Position numbers and translations under genes: made by a program. A DNA stretch of 64,000 nt from Limisphaerales bacterium (lineage in GTDB: Bacteria; Verrucomicrobiota; Verrucomicrobiia; Limisphaerales; Palsa-1400): assembly GCA_052325505.1 (NCBI GenBank), contig JBKQUS010000178.1:10897-74896 (forward strand), in the 5' to 3' direction. The notes under the pieces were generated by a model. It saw only the letters and a list, made by a program, of their open reading frames with translations, did no database searches and was not told the DNA's origin. Position 1 is the first letter of the stretch, and each line of letters opens with the position of its first letter. Positions 9,731 through 19,703 of this stretch are shown here, piece by piece.

Positions 9731-9847
9731 CGAATTTTGATTATAATTGAAGATCTCGTCATCCGCAGGGTAAATCTCCGACAAAAACACGCCCGACAAC
9801 CCCTGCGGATTGTCAAGTGTGCTGGTGGTGAGGAACGTGACGCCGGA

Positions 9848-10273
9848 TTAATTGCCCATGCCCTTGGTGGCAACCTCAGTGACTTTGGTTGTGCTGCAGC
9901 AGGTCATGCTTGCAGAGCCGCAACTGATACAGGCATGGCTGACCACGGTTGTCGTGTGCTTGCCGACGCCAGTTGTTGTCGTCGCCGAGGTGCAACCTCC
10001 GCAGCTATGCGAGACGACGGTTATGGCCGGGACTCGATGAGCCACAAGCGCACTCGCGCCTTTCGCTGTCGTGCCGGGCACGTTCATTGAAACGTCCTTG
10101 CATTTTGCGCACGACATGGGTTTGTAGTCGCCCGGCGCAACCGCCGCCGTGATGGTGCCGTTCAGTTGAAGCATTCTTTCCCCTCCTTTGAGTTGGGTTT
10201 GCGCCGAAACAGTGATCAATGAGATGGCGATGCCAGCCAGTGTCGCGAGGAGGATCTTGTTTGTGTTTTTCAT
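9848..10273 (-). CDS. Exported Cys-rich protein with three CxxC motifs (putative periplasmic metal binder)
   Basis: 141 aa from ATG at 10273 with a signal peptide (ILLATLAGIAISLITVSAQ). Motifs are CAKC, CGGC and CISC plus CC. There is an internal repeat, VVSHSCGGCTS / VVSHACISCGS. Confidence 0.6.
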   Translation of the reverse strand: MKNTNKILLATLAGIAISLITVSAQTQLKGGERMLQLNGTITAAVAPGDYKPMSCAKCKDVSMNVPGTTAKGASALVAHRVPAITVVSHSCGGCTSATTTTGVGKHTTTVVSHACISCGSASMTCCSTTKVTEVATKGMGN

Positions 10274-10413
10274 ATATTTACCTTTCAATCAAGCGTTAAT
10301 AACTTTGTTTATTTTGTCATTGGCGATTCTTTCGCACTTCCCTCCTTACTACGCCGCGAGTGGACAAACCCCTTTCTATATCTTTCGCCGCTAACCCGCC
10401 GTCTCTTGTCCAC

Positions 10414-11007
10414 TTATATCGTCCCCAGCAGGTGGCTAAGGCTGGCGCGGAGTTGCTGCCGCGCCCGATAAACGCGCACCTCGACTGCTTTGGCCGAACA
10501 GCCAAGAATTCCGCCGATTTCCGCGTGTGATTTTTCCTCATATTCAGCGAGGATCAGCGGAATGCGCAATGCCTCCGGAAGCCCGGCCACGGCTTGGCGC
10601 ACCGCTTCGCCCCGCTCCCGCTCCTGCGCGGCTTCTCCCGGCAACGGCTCTTGCGCGGTAAGCGAATCCCCAAAATTATTCCCAGCGGCCTCGTTCGGTG
10701 CGTCAAGCGAAACCTGCGGATGCCGCTTGCGCCAGCGATAGCGGTCGCGCACCAGATTGCTGGCGATGGCATAAAGCCAGGTGGTGAAATTCTGGCGCGG
10801 ATCGAACTTCGCCCGATTTTGATAAACGCGGGCAAAGGTTTCCTGGGCCAGATCCGCTGCGTCCTCTTCGTTCTGCAAGGAGCGAACCAGATAGTGGAAA
10901 AGCCTCTCCGCGTGCCGGTCCATTAGGTTGTTCAGGGCCGCGTCGTGCCCGGCGGCCAGTTGCGCCATATCCTGGCCGTCCTGCTGGTCGATAGCGTCCG
11001 CCGTCAT
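10414..11007 (-). CDS. ECF sigma factor
   Basis: Region 2 (ERLFHYLVRSLQNEEDAADLAQETFARVY) and region 4 (LPEALRIPLILAEYEEKSHAEIGGILGCSAKAVEVRVYRARQQL). ATG at 11007; the track start at 11049 is a TTG. Confidence 0.9.
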   Translation of the reverse strand: MTADAIDQQDGQDMAQLAAGHDAALNNLMDRHAERLFHYLVRSLQNEEDAADLAQETFARVYQNRAKFDPRQNFTTWLYAIASNLVRDRYRWRKRHPQVSLDAPNEAAGNNFGDSLTAQEPLPGEAAQERERGEAVRQAVAGLPEALRIPLILAEYEEKSHAEIGGILGCSAKAVEVRVYRARQQLRASLSHLLGTI

Positions 11008-11049
11008 TGCGCAATCGGGTCTTCCGCCGTGAATGAATTCCCCGAACAA

Positions 11050-11391
11050 TTACTTCTTCGCCTTCTTCTCCTCCTCCGCCAACTTTTTGAGGAATGTGTC
11101 CGGGTCCTTTTTGAAGTCCTTCACGCAATCCGGGCAGCAGAATTTGATTTCCTGCCCCTTGTAGATGATGGATGTCGGCTTGCCCATCTCGCCGATCTTG
11201 TCGCCGGAGACGAGACAATATTTGAGCGGGTAGGGTTTCGCGGATGCTTTGGCGCTGTCCGTTGCGGCATTGGTTTGCCCCGTTGCGCTTCCCATGCAAC
11301 AAGACATATTGCTCATGTCGCCTGCGCGAATCAGCGCAATCGTTCCGGCCCCCAAGGCCAGCGTTGTAATGATTATTATTGTTTTTTTCAT
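11050..11391 (-). CDS. Small exported Cys-containing protein (YHS/TRASH-like metal-binding candidate)
   Basis: 113 aa with a signal peptide. It has an SCCMGS motif and a C-terminal YCLVSGDKIG..IYKGQEIKFCCPDCVKDFKKDP block. It sits between the sensor and sigma genes. Confidence 0.6.
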   Translation of the reverse strand: MKKTIIIITTLALGAGTIALIRAGDMSNMSCCMGSATGQTNAATDSAKASAKPYPLKYCLVSGDKIGEMGKPTSIIYKGQEIKFCCPDCVKDFKKDPDTFLKKLAEEEKKAKK

Positions 11392-11403
11392 ATTTTTTCT
11401 TGT

Positions 11404-11865
11404 TTATTTGTCGCCCATCATCCCTTCACCGCACAGGAATGTTCTTTCCTGCACCCAGGCCAGATAGCGGCGTCCTTCTTCTGGCGGCATCGTGCGGCTG
11501 ACTTCGTAAAAATGCCGGAGCATGTTGCGCTGGCATTCGACCCGCAAGCGGGCGCTCTCCGCCACGGCGGCTTCGATCTCGGGCGTCATTTGATTGGTGG
11601 CGGCCAGCAGCGCCTTCACCCGCTGGTTTTGAACCGCAATTTGCCGGCACCTTTCTGCGCATTGAGGAAGGTAAGACGCATGTAGTTCGGAAATGCGTTT
11701 GAACTCCGCATCGCTCAAGTGGAATTCCTCTTTCAGCCAGGCAAGTTCCGGCTGGCTGCTCCGTTCCAGGTTGCGCGCAGAAGACGTGCAGAAGAAATAG
11801 ACGCAGCCGTAAGCCGCCGCTGCCAGGGCCAATCCGACCACGAGAATGAAAATGCCTTTCTTCAT
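11404..11865 (-). CDS. Membrane-anchored periplasmic heavy-metal sensor-like protein (Spy/CpxP/CnrX-like helical domain)
   Basis: 153 aa from ATG at 11865 (MKKGIFILVVGLALAAAAYG). A helical LxxxQ-type domain follows (LKEEFHLSDAEFKRISELHASY...RLRVECQRNMLRHFYEV). Confidence 0.6.
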   Translation of the reverse strand: MKKGIFILVVGLALAAAAYGCVYFFCTSSARNLERSSQPELAWLKEEFHLSDAEFKRISELHASYLPQCAERCRQIAVQNQRVKALLAATNQMTPEIEAAVAESARLRVECQRNMLRHFYEVSRTMPPEEGRRYLAWVQERTFLCGEGMMGDK

Positions 11866-11869
11866 CAAA

Positions 11870-12211
11870 TCATTGTCGGGGAGTTTGATAGGGATCGAGC
11901 ACGCGAATGTAGCGGTCGGCAAGCCCCCCCTTCACCCGGGCCGTTTCCTGACGGGCTTGCGTCCACCCGGTGGTCACGCCGATGGTGAGCAGGATGGCGA
12001 CGTAAGCAGCAGCCAGGGCCGGCCGCGGCAACATCGTGCCAATCCAACCGGCGACGATATCCCAAACCAGGGACGCGGCCGGCGTTTGTCTCCGCTCGAT
12101 GCGCCGCCAAACTCCGTCCTGAAAACGTGCCGGCAACGGTGCGTCTGTGCGCCATTCTTTAAGCAGCGTGGTCAGCGCCATGTCGTGATCGCCTGGTTCC
12201 TTGGCATTCAT
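11870..12211 (-). CDS. Small membrane protein, putative anti-sigma factor (CnrY-like position)
   Basis: 113 aa with a ~50-aa cytoplasmic N-terminus followed by TM segments (LVWDIVAGWIG, AAAYVAILLTIGVTTGW). It is the first gene of the sensor-sigma operon, so the call rests on context only. Confidence 0.45.
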   Translation of the reverse strand: MNAKEPGDHDMALTTLLKEWRTDAPLPARFQDGVWRRIERRQTPAASLVWDIVAGWIGTMLPRPALAAAYVAILLTIGVTTGWTQARQETARVKGGLADRYIRVLDPYQTPRQ

Positions 12212-12408
12212 AATTGTATGTTGGCAGTTCTAACGGTTCTCGGCCATGAATTCAACGTCTTGCCGCCGTTTTCTTACCAGTTGATTATACGCCTCAGCCT
12301 ACGAAATCCCTCAAAGTTATATGGTGGCACTGAACCCAATTTTTGGTGTGAGTTGAACAACAAAAGGCGAGCTTGCTTTTACCAAGTGAAGTAGTAGTCA
12401 TTCAAGTG

Positions 12409-13878
12409 ATGAAAGAGGTTTTATTCAACAACACGGTGCTGAGGGATGGTCATCAATCGATGGCCGCTACCCGCATGACGACCGCCCAAATGCTGCCCGC
12501 CGCCCCCATTCTCGACGGGATGGGGTTCAATGGCCTGGAAACTTGGGGCGGCGCAACCATTGATTCCTGCCTGCGCTTCCTCAATGAGAATCCTTTTGAT
12601 CGTTTGCGCACTCTTAAAAAGGCCGCGCCCAAGACTCCGCAGCTCATGCTTTTGCGCGGCCAGAACATTGTCCAGTACGCCAGTTTCCCCGATGATGTGG
12701 TCGAGACATTCGTGCGCTGCATGTGCCAGGACGGCATGGACATCATCCGGATTTTCGACGCCCTGAATGACGTGCGCAACCTCCAGACGGCGATTCGCGC
12801 GGTCAAGCAATGTAAAAAACATGCCCGCGGCGAACTCTGCTACACCATCAGCCCGGTCCATACGGTCGGGAACTTTGTCAAGCTGGCCATCGAGTTGGAG
12901 AAGATGGGCTGCGATTCACTCGGCATCAAGGACATGTCGGGCATCCTGCAACCCCGCATCGCTTTCGACCTTGTTCAGGAGCTGAAGCAAAAGATCGGCA
13001 TTCCCATCACGCTCCACACCCACGACACCGCCGGGTTGGGCGCGGCCAGTTATCTCGCTGCCATTGACGCGGGGGTGGATTGCGTCGAGGTGTCGATTGC
13101 TCCCTTTGCCAACGGCACGTCACAGCCCGATACGCAGCGTATGTTGGCCCTGCTGGAAGGCCATCCGCGCCGCCCGAACTTCGACACGGAAAAATTGAAG
13201 CAACTGCGCATCTATTTTGAAGGCGTGTACAAGGAACTGGCCCAATTCACCAGCCCCGCCAATGAACGCGTGGACAGCGATATTCTCATTTACCAGGTTC
13301 CCGGCGGCATGCTCTCGAACTTCCGCACTCAACTGAAAGAGCAGGGCATGTCCGGGCGCTTCGATGAAGTCGTGCGCGAAATTCCGGTGGTGCGCGAAGC
13401 GCTGGGGTGGATCCCGCTTGTCACCCCCACCTCGCAGATTGTCGGCACCCAGGCGATGATGAACGTCAAGTTCGGCCGTTGGAAAATGATCTGCCAACCC
13501 GCCCAGGAAATCGCCCTTGGCAAATACGGCAAAACGCCCGGCCGGATAGATCCGGATGTTCTGGCCCAAGTTGAAAAGCTCTCCGGCAAAAAGCCTGTCA
13601 CCGTCCGTCCCGCCGACCTCCTTGAACCCGGCTTGGAAAAATATCGCAAACAGTGCGCCGAAAAGGGCCTGCCGGTGAAGGACGAAATCGTTGTCCTCTA
13701 CGCCATGTTCCCGCAACAAGTCGAAGCCCTGTTCAAACCTAAGGCCGCTGCGGCCTCTCCGGGCCCGGCTGCGGCCGCTTCGTCCGCTGTCCGCCCAGGT
13801 AACGGGCAGGGGAAGCATCTGTTCGTCACCGTCAATGGAAAAAGTCACGACGTCCTGGTCGAAACTCTGGAAGGCTAA
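12409..13878 (+). CDS. Carboxyltransferase 5S-like subunit (oxaloacetate decarboxylase alpha / pyruvate carboxylase B family) lacking a biotinyl domain
   Basis: ATG at 12409. NNTVLRDGHQS, a TIM-barrel HMGL-like fold and a conserved C-terminal region are present. An Ala/Pro linker leads to a short HLFVTVNGKSHDVLVETLEG tail with no MKM biotinylation motif. Confidence 0.9.
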   Translation: MKEVLFNNTVLRDGHQSMAATRMTTAQMLPAAPILDGMGFNGLETWGGATIDSCLRFLNENPFDRLRTLKKAAPKTPQLMLLRGQNIVQYASFPDDVVETFVRCMCQDGMDIIRIFDALNDVRNLQTAIRAVKQCKKHARGELCYTISPVHTVGNFVKLAIELEKMGCDSLGIKDMSGILQPRIAFDLVQELKQKIGIPITLHTHDTAGLGAASYLAAIDAGVDCVEVSIAPFANGTSQPDTQRMLALLEGHPRRPNFDTEKLKQLRIYFEGVYKELAQFTSPANERVDSDILIYQVPGGMLSNFRTQLKEQGMSGRFDEVVREIPVVREALGWIPLVTPTSQIVGTQAMMNVKFGRWKMICQPAQEIALGKYGKTPGRIDPDVLAQVEKLSGKKPVTVRPADLLEPGLEKYRKQCAEKGLPVKDEIVVLYAMFPQQVEALFKPKAAAASPGPAAAASSAVRPGNGQGKHLFVTVNGKSHDVLVETLEG

Positions 13879-13894
13879 ACCTTGGAAACTGCTT

Positions 13895-16054
13895 ATGAAC
13901 ACGACTGAATCCAAACCCGCAACGGACCGGCTGCTGGCGGAGTTTCCGCCTGTCGGTTATGGCGATTGGCATCGGCTCGTCGAAACCGAGCTGAAAGGCG
14001 CCCCTTTTGACAAGCGAATGTTCACTTCAACTTGCGAAGGCATCACGCTGAAACCAATCTACCGGCCTGAAGACATCGCCAACCTCCCCCACTTGGGTTC
14101 ATTTCCGGGATTCGCTCCCTTTGTGCGCGGCAGCAAGGCAGGCGGTTATGCCGGCCAGCCGTGGGCCATTTCCCAGGAAATCAACTGCTCCAGCCCCTCT
14201 GAATTCAATCATGCGGCGCGCAATTCGCTCGATAGGGGTCTCAATGCCTTGAACATCGTTTTGGACAAGGCCACCCGCAACGGCCACGACCCTGATTGGG
14301 CGCAACCCCAGGAAGTGGGTTTTGGTGGACTCTCTATCGCCACCGTCAGCGACCTTGACCGCGCGCTCGACGGAATTGATCTCGGCAACACCTGGCTCTT
14401 CGTTCGTTCGGGTGCGTCGGCGATGCCGTTTGCCGCGCTCTTGGTGGCTCTGGCCCGCCAGCGCAAAAAAGCGCCCGCCTGCCTTTATGGCTGCATCGAA
14501 ATGGACCCGCTCGGTGTCTTGTCCCACGAAGGTTGCCTGCCGCAATCTCTCGAAGACGCCTATCGCGAAATGGCCGCGCTTCTTCGCTGGGCCGCTGCCG
14601 GAGCGCCTTATCTTCAAACCATCTGCGTCCACAGCCGTTCCTGGCACGAATCCGGGGGCGATGCCGTGCAGGAACTCGCCTTTACCCTGGCCACAGGCGT
14701 TGAGTATCTCCGGCAAATGAACCGGCGCGATCTTGATGCCGGGACCGTCGCCCCTCGCATGCGTTTCGCGGTGACGGTCGGCTCAAATTTCTTCATGGAA
14801 ATCGCCAAACTCCGCGCTTTGCGGATGCTGTGGGCGCAGGCCGTCGCCGCGGCCGGCGGCGGTGAAGACGCCCAAAAGCTTTCGCTCCATGTTCGCACGT
14901 CCCAATGGAACAAGAGCGTTTTGGATCCATACAACAACATGCTGCGCACCACCGTCGAAGCCCTGGCCGGTATTTTGGGCGGCTGCGACAGCATGCAGGT
15001 CGGCGCGTTCGACGAGGTCATCCGGCAGCCCGACGATTTCAGCCAGCGCATCGCGCGCAACAGCCAGCTCATTCTGCAAAAAGAATGCGAGTTGGGCCGG
15101 TCCATCGACCCGGCGGGCGGCTCTTGGTATGTTGAATTGCTCACGGCCGAACTGGCCAACCGCGCTTGGGCGCTCTTTCAGGAAGTCGAAAAACAAGGCG
15201 GCATGGAGGCGGCATTGAAAGCCGGTTTTCCGCAAAAAACCGTTGCCGCCACCGCTCTGGAAAAGATCAAGGCCGTCAACCGCCGTCGATCTCCCATGAT
15301 CGGCGTCAACCAATACGCCAATCCCAGGGAAACGCCCCTGGACCGTCCTGCGCCGGACGCGGAGGCATTTTACAAGCGCCGCGTTTTCCAGATCACTTCG
15401 CACCGCACAAATTTGGAGGATTCGGACAATGAACTTGTCTTGCAAAAGCTGACAAAAGTGATCGATTCGAAAAGCCCGCGCATGTTCGACGCCTGCGTCG
15501 ATGCCGCGGCGGTGGGCGCCACGCTTGGGGAGATCGCCCGCGCCATTCGTATTCTTGACACGCCGGGCGCCCGCATTACGCCCGTGTGCATTACGCGCGC
15601 GGCCACAGACTTTGAGCGCCTGCGCGCCGCCATGGATCGCCATGCCGCCGCGCGGCAGAACGCGCGTCCCGGTGTTTTTCTCTGCAACATGGGACCGGTG
15701 GCCGACTACAAGGCCCGCGCGGATTTCTCCCGCGGCTTTTTTGCCGCGGGCGGTTACAACGTCATTTCACCCGAGGGCTTTCCCGCTCCCGAAGACGCCG
15801 CCAAAGCGTTTGGCGTGTCAAAAGCAGGAATCGCGGTCATTTGTTCGACCGACGAAAAATATCCCGCGCTTGTGCCGCCCCTGGTCCAGGCGCTGCGCGC
15901 GCAATGTAACGACGCGATCATCGTCCTGGCTGGGTTCCCCGCGGCCCAGGCCGATGCCCTCAAAAAAGCCGGGGTGGATGAATTCATTCACATTCGTGCG
16001 GACGCGCTCGAGTTATTGACTGCATTTCATCGCCGTCTTGGCATTGAGTTATGA
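13895..16054 (+). CDS. mutA: Methylmalonyl-CoA mutase small (beta) subunit
   Basis: 719 aa from ATG at 13895. It is MCM-like throughout, but the C-terminal domain lacks the DxHxxG B12-ligand motif. It overlaps the alpha-subunit start (ATGA at 16051). Confidence 0.9.
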   Translation: MNTTESKPATDRLLAEFPPVGYGDWHRLVETELKGAPFDKRMFTSTCEGITLKPIYRPEDIANLPHLGSFPGFAPFVRGSKAGGYAGQPWAISQEINCSSPSEFNHAARNSLDRGLNALNIVLDKATRNGHDPDWAQPQEVGFGGLSIATVSDLDRALDGIDLGNTWLFVRSGASAMPFAALLVALARQRKKAPACLYGCIEMDPLGVLSHEGCLPQSLEDAYREMAALLRWAAAGAPYLQTICVHSRSWHESGGDAVQELAFTLATGVEYLRQMNRRDLDAGTVAPRMRFAVTVGSNFFMEIAKLRALRMLWAQAVAAAGGGEDAQKLSLHVRTSQWNKSVLDPYNNMLRTTVEALAGILGGCDSMQVGAFDEVIRQPDDFSQRIARNSQLILQKECELGRSIDPAGGSWYVELLTAELANRAWALFQEVEKQGGMEAALKAGFPQKTVAATALEKIKAVNRRRSPMIGVNQYANPRETPLDRPAPDAEAFYKRRVFQITSHRTNLEDSDNELVLQKLTKVIDSKSPRMFDACVDAAAVGATLGEIARAIRILDTPGARITPVCITRAATDFERLRAAMDRHAAARQNARPGVFLCNMGPVADYKARADFSRGFFAAGGYNVISPEGFPAPEDAAKAFGVSKAGIAVICSTDEKYPALVPPLVQALRAQCNDAIIVLAGFPAAQADALKKAGVDEFIHIRADALELLTAFHRRLGIEL

Positions 16055-18234
16055 ACACATTTCCCGACTTTACCGCTGTCCCGTTTCACGCCGCTCCCGC
16101 TGCCGTCGCCCCTGAACAATGGCGCGCCCGGTTTGAGGGCGAAACCGTCACCAAATCGTTTGACGAATGTGTGCAACGGACCTTGGAAGGCATCGACGTC
16201 CGCCCGCTTTACACCGCGGCTGATCTGAAGGACTGCGAGTACCTGGATTCCATGCCCGGCTTCGCGCCCTATGTGCGCGGCCCTTACGGCTCCATGTTCG
16301 TCACCAAGCCCTGGACCGTCCGCCAATACGCCGGCTTTTCTACCGCCGAGGAGAGCAACGCTTTTTACCGCCGCAACATCGCCGCCGGCCAGCAGGGCTT
16401 GTCAGTCGCTTTTGACCTGCCCACCCATCGTGGTTACGACTCCGACCACCCGCGCGCTTCCGCCGACGTCGGCAAAGCGGGCGTAGCGGTGGACTCGATC
16501 GAGGACATGAAGATTTTGTTCGGCGGGATTCCTTTGGACCGAATCTCGGTTTCCATGACCATGAACGGCGCCGTTCTGCCGGTGCTGGCGTTTTATATCG
16601 TCGCCGCCGAAGAACAGGGTGTGAAGCCGGGACAGCTTTCCGGAACGATCCAGAACGATATCCTTAAGGAATACATGGTGAGGAACACCTACATTTATCC
16701 GCCCGGCCCATCAATGCGCATCGTTGCGGATATTTTCGGCTTTACGTCCAAAAACATGCCGAAGTTTAATTCCATCTCCATCTCCGGTTATCACATGCAG
16801 GAAGCAGGGGCGACCGCCGATCTGGAGATGGCCTACACCCTGGCCGACGGCCTCGAATATGTCCGAACCGGCCTTAAGGCCGGCATCGACATTGATGCTT
16901 TCGCCCCGCGGCTCTCCTTTTTCTGGGCGCAGGGCAAGGACTTTTTCATGGAGATCGCCAAACTGCGCGCCGCCCGCGCTTTGTGGGCCAAGCTAATAGC
17001 GCAGTTCCATCCAAAGAATCCCAAGTCGATGGCCCTGCGCACGCATTCGCAGACGTCGGGTTGGTCGCTGACGGAGCAGGACCCGTTCAACAATGTCGCC
17101 CGCACTTGTGTCGAAGCTCTGGCTGCGGCGTTCGGGCAGACCCAATCGTTGCACACCAATTCGCTCGACGAGGCCATCGCATTGCCAACAGATTTTTCCG
17201 CGCGCATCGCCCGCAACACCCAGCTTCTCCTCCAGGAGGAAACGGGCATTTGCAAAGTCATTGATCCTTGGGGCGGCTCCTATTACGTCGAAGCCCTGAC
17301 CCAAGCCCTAATGAAACGGGCGTGGGCGCATATCCAGGAAGTCGAGGCGCTCGGCGGCATGGCCAAGGCCATTGAAACCGGCCTGCCCAAACTTCGCATC
17401 GAGGAAGTCGCCGCCCGCCGCCAGGCCCGCATCGATTCCGGCAGGGAATCCATCATCGGCGTGAATCTGTTTCGATTGGAGAAGGCCGAGAAACTCGACG
17501 TTCGCGAGGTGGATAACACCGCCGTCCGCCAATCCCAAATCCAGCGCCTGCAAAAACTGAAAGCCGAACGCGACAATGCCAAAGTCCAGGCCGCCCTCGA
17601 CACCCTGACCAACTGCGCCGAAACCGGCAAGGGTAATCTGCTCGCGCTGTCCATTGACGCGGCCCGAGTCCGTGCGACGCTGGGGGAAATCTCCTTTGCC
17701 CTTGAAAAAATCTTCCACCGCCACAAAGCTGTTATTCGTTCAGTGTCGGGAGTTTATCAATCTGAATTTGGCCAGGATCCGCAGATCGAGCAGGTTCGCC
17801 GCTTGACCGACGAATTCGCCCGCAAGCATGGCCGCCGTCCGCGTATCCTCATCGCCAAGATGGGTCAGGACGGCCATGACCGCGGTGCCAAGGTCATCGC
17901 CACCGCTTACGCTGACTTGGGCTTTGATGTCGATATCGGGCCGTTGTTTCAGCAGCCGGACGAAGTCGCGCGCATGGCTTCGGAAAACGATGTCCATGTC
18001 ATTGGCATCAGTTCGCTCGCAGGCGGGCACAAGACTTTGCTGGTTCAGTTGCTCGAAGAGCTGGGCAAGATCGGGCGTTCAAACATCATGGTCGTCGTGG
18101 GCGGGGTCATTCCGCCACAAGACTACGATTTCCTGAAAAAGAGCGGCGCGGCCGCCGTGTTCGGGCCGGGCACCTGCATCCCGGACGCAGCCAGGGAAAT
18201 GCTGGCGCAATTGTCCGCGCGTCTGGAAGCATGA
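16051..18234 (+). CDS. mutB: Methylmalonyl-CoA mutase large (alpha) subunit
   Basis: 727 aa with a TIM-barrel substrate domain and a C-terminal B12-binding domain carrying DxHxxG ([11 protein letters not shown]). Confidence 0.95.
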   Translation: MNTFPDFTAVPFHAAPAAVAPEQWRARFEGETVTKSFDECVQRTLEGIDVRPLYTAADLKDCEYLDSMPGFAPYVRGPYGSMFVTKPWTVRQYAGFSTAEESNAFYRRNIAAGQQGLSVAFDLPTHRGYDSDHPRASADVGKAGVAVDSIEDMKILFGGIPLDRISVSMTMNGAVLPVLAFYIVAAEEQGVKPGQLSGTIQNDILKEYMVRNTYIYPPGPSMRIVADIFGFTSKNMPKFNSISISGYHMQEAGATADLEMAYTLADGLEYVRTGLKAGIDIDAFAPRLSFFWAQGKDFFMEIAKLRAARALWAKLIAQFHPKNPKSMALRTHSQTSGWSLTEQDPFNNVARTCVEALAAAFGQTQSLHTNSLDEAIALPTDFSARIARNTQLLLQEETGICKVIDPWGGSYYVEALTQALMKRAWAHIQEVEALGGMAKAIETGLPKLRIEEVAARRQARIDSGRESIIGVNLFRLEKAEKLDVREVDNTAVRQSQIQRLQKLKAERDNAKVQAALDTLTNCAETGKGNLLALSIDAARVRATLGEISFALEKIFHRHKAVIRSVSGVYQSEFGQDPQIEQVRRLTDEFARKHGRRPRILIAKMGQDGHDRGAKVIATAYADLGFDVDIGPLFQQPDEVARMASENDVHVIGISSLAGGHKTLLVQLLEELGKIGRSNIMVVVGGVIPPQDYDFLKKSGAAAVFGPGTCIPDAAREMLAQLSARLEA

Positions 18235-19238
18235 CCGCTTCCGAGCCAACTATTAACGATTATGTTTCCGGCGTCCTGGCTGGAAACCGCGCCATCCTTT
18301 CGCGTGCCGTCACCTTGATCGAGAGCCAGTCCCCCCTGCACGAAAAGAAGGCCCAGGAAGTCCTGCTAGAATTGCTGCCGCACACTGGCAAGTCCAGGCG
18401 CATTGGCATCACCGGCGCGCCTGGCGTCGGCAAAAGCACTTTTATCGAAGCTTTCGGCTGTTATCTGGTCAAGCAGGGCCGGTCGGTCGCGGTCCTGGCC
18501 ATCGATCCCAGCAGTAAACGCTCCGGTGGCAGCATCCTCGGCGACAAAACACGCATGGAAAATCTCAGCCGTGAGCCGCGTGCCTTCATTCGGCCTTCCC
18601 CGTCCGGCGACAGCATTGGCGGGGTGGCTCGCCGCACCCGCGAAACAATGCTCGTGTGTGAAGCCGCCGGATTCGATTTGGTGCTGGTCGAAAGCGTGGG
18701 CGTCGGGCAAAGCGAAGTCGCTTTGCGGTCCATGGTGGATTACTTCTTGCTCCTTTTGTTGCCGGGCGCCGGCGACGAATTGCAGGGCATCAAGCGAGGC
18801 ATCATAGAAATGGCCGATGACATTCTCGTCAACAAGGCCGACGGCGACAATCGCCAGCGCGCTGAACAAGCCCGCCTCGAACAACATGCCTCCCTTTCCT
18901 TTCTGCAACCGGCCACCCCCGGCTGGAAGGCGGAAGCCGGCCTTTGTTCAGCCCGGACAAGCGAAGGAATTCCGCAGGTCTGGGAACGCATCGAGCGTTT
19001 TTTCAGCGAATTGGAGCCTAAAGGTGTCATCGCCAACCGCCGCCGCCAACAGACCCTCGAATGGTTCGCCGATTTGATCCATGATGAACTGCAACGCCGT
19101 TTCGAGCATAACCCGCGTATTCAGGCCCGTTTGCCCTCACTTCGCGAGTCCGTGCTTCGCGGCGAAACCACCGCCGTCTCCGCCGCAAACATCCTGTTGG
19201 CGGAGTTCGACGGGTCGAAAAAAGCTGAAATTCTGTAA
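18231..19238 (+). CDS. meaB: MeaB/ArgK-type G3E GTPase (mutase chaperone)
   Basis: P-loop [12 protein letters not shown], then [10 protein letters not shown] and NKAD motifs. Its start overlaps the mutB stop. Confidence 0.93.
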   Translation: MTASEPTINDYVSGVLAGNRAILSRAVTLIESQSPLHEKKAQEVLLELLPHTGKSRRIGITGAPGVGKSTFIEAFGCYLVKQGRSVAVLAIDPSSKRSGGSILGDKTRMENLSREPRAFIRPSPSGDSIGGVARRTRETMLVCEAAGFDLVLVESVGVGQSEVALRSMVDYFLLLLLPGAGDELQGIKRGIIEMADDILVNKADGDNRQRAEQARLEQHASLSFLQPATPGWKAEAGLCSARTSEGIPQVWERIERFFSELEPKGVIANRRRQQTLEWFADLIHDELQRRFEHNPRIQARLPSLRESVLRGETTAVSAANILLAEFDGSKKAEIL

Positions 19239-19244
19239 AAATCT

Positions 19245-19661
19245 ATGATAACAAAAATTGACCATCTCGGCATCGCCGTTCCGTCACTGGACCAGGCCGT
19301 GCCTTATTATGAAAAAGCCCTGGGCTTGAAATGCGAGCACCGCGAGGAAGTCGCCTCGCAAAAAGTCCGCACCGCGTTCTTTTCCGTGGGCGATGTGCAT
19401 CTCGAACTCCTTGAGCCAACCAGCCCGGAAAGTCCCATCGCGAAATACCTCGAGAAAAACCCCGCCGGCGGAATTCATCATATTGCCTTCAGCGCGGACA
19501 ATGTGGAAGGCCAGCTTCGTCAGGCTGCCGGCGCTGGGGTAAGACTGATTAATGAAAAGCCGTTCGACGGCGCGGGCGGCAAGCTCGTCGCTTTTCTTCA
19601 TCCCAAATCAACCTTTGGCGTGCTCACCGAGTTGTGCATGACGAAGCCGGTGGATAAGTGA
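19245..19661 (+). CDS. mce: Methylmalonyl-CoA epimerase (VOC family)
   Basis: 138 aa. IDHLGIAV, HLELLEP and HHIAF metal-ligand blocks are typical of the epimerase. Confidence 0.9.
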   Translation: MITKIDHLGIAVPSLDQAVPYYEKALGLKCEHREEVASQKVRTAFFSVGDVHLELLEPTSPESPIAKYLEKNPAGGIHHIAFSADNVEGQLRQAAGAGVRLINEKPFDGAGGKLVAFLHPKSTFGVLTELCMTKPVDK

Positions 19662-19703
19662 ATGCTGGCGGGAAACCTGCGTCCGGCGCATAATGTATAA
19701 CTC

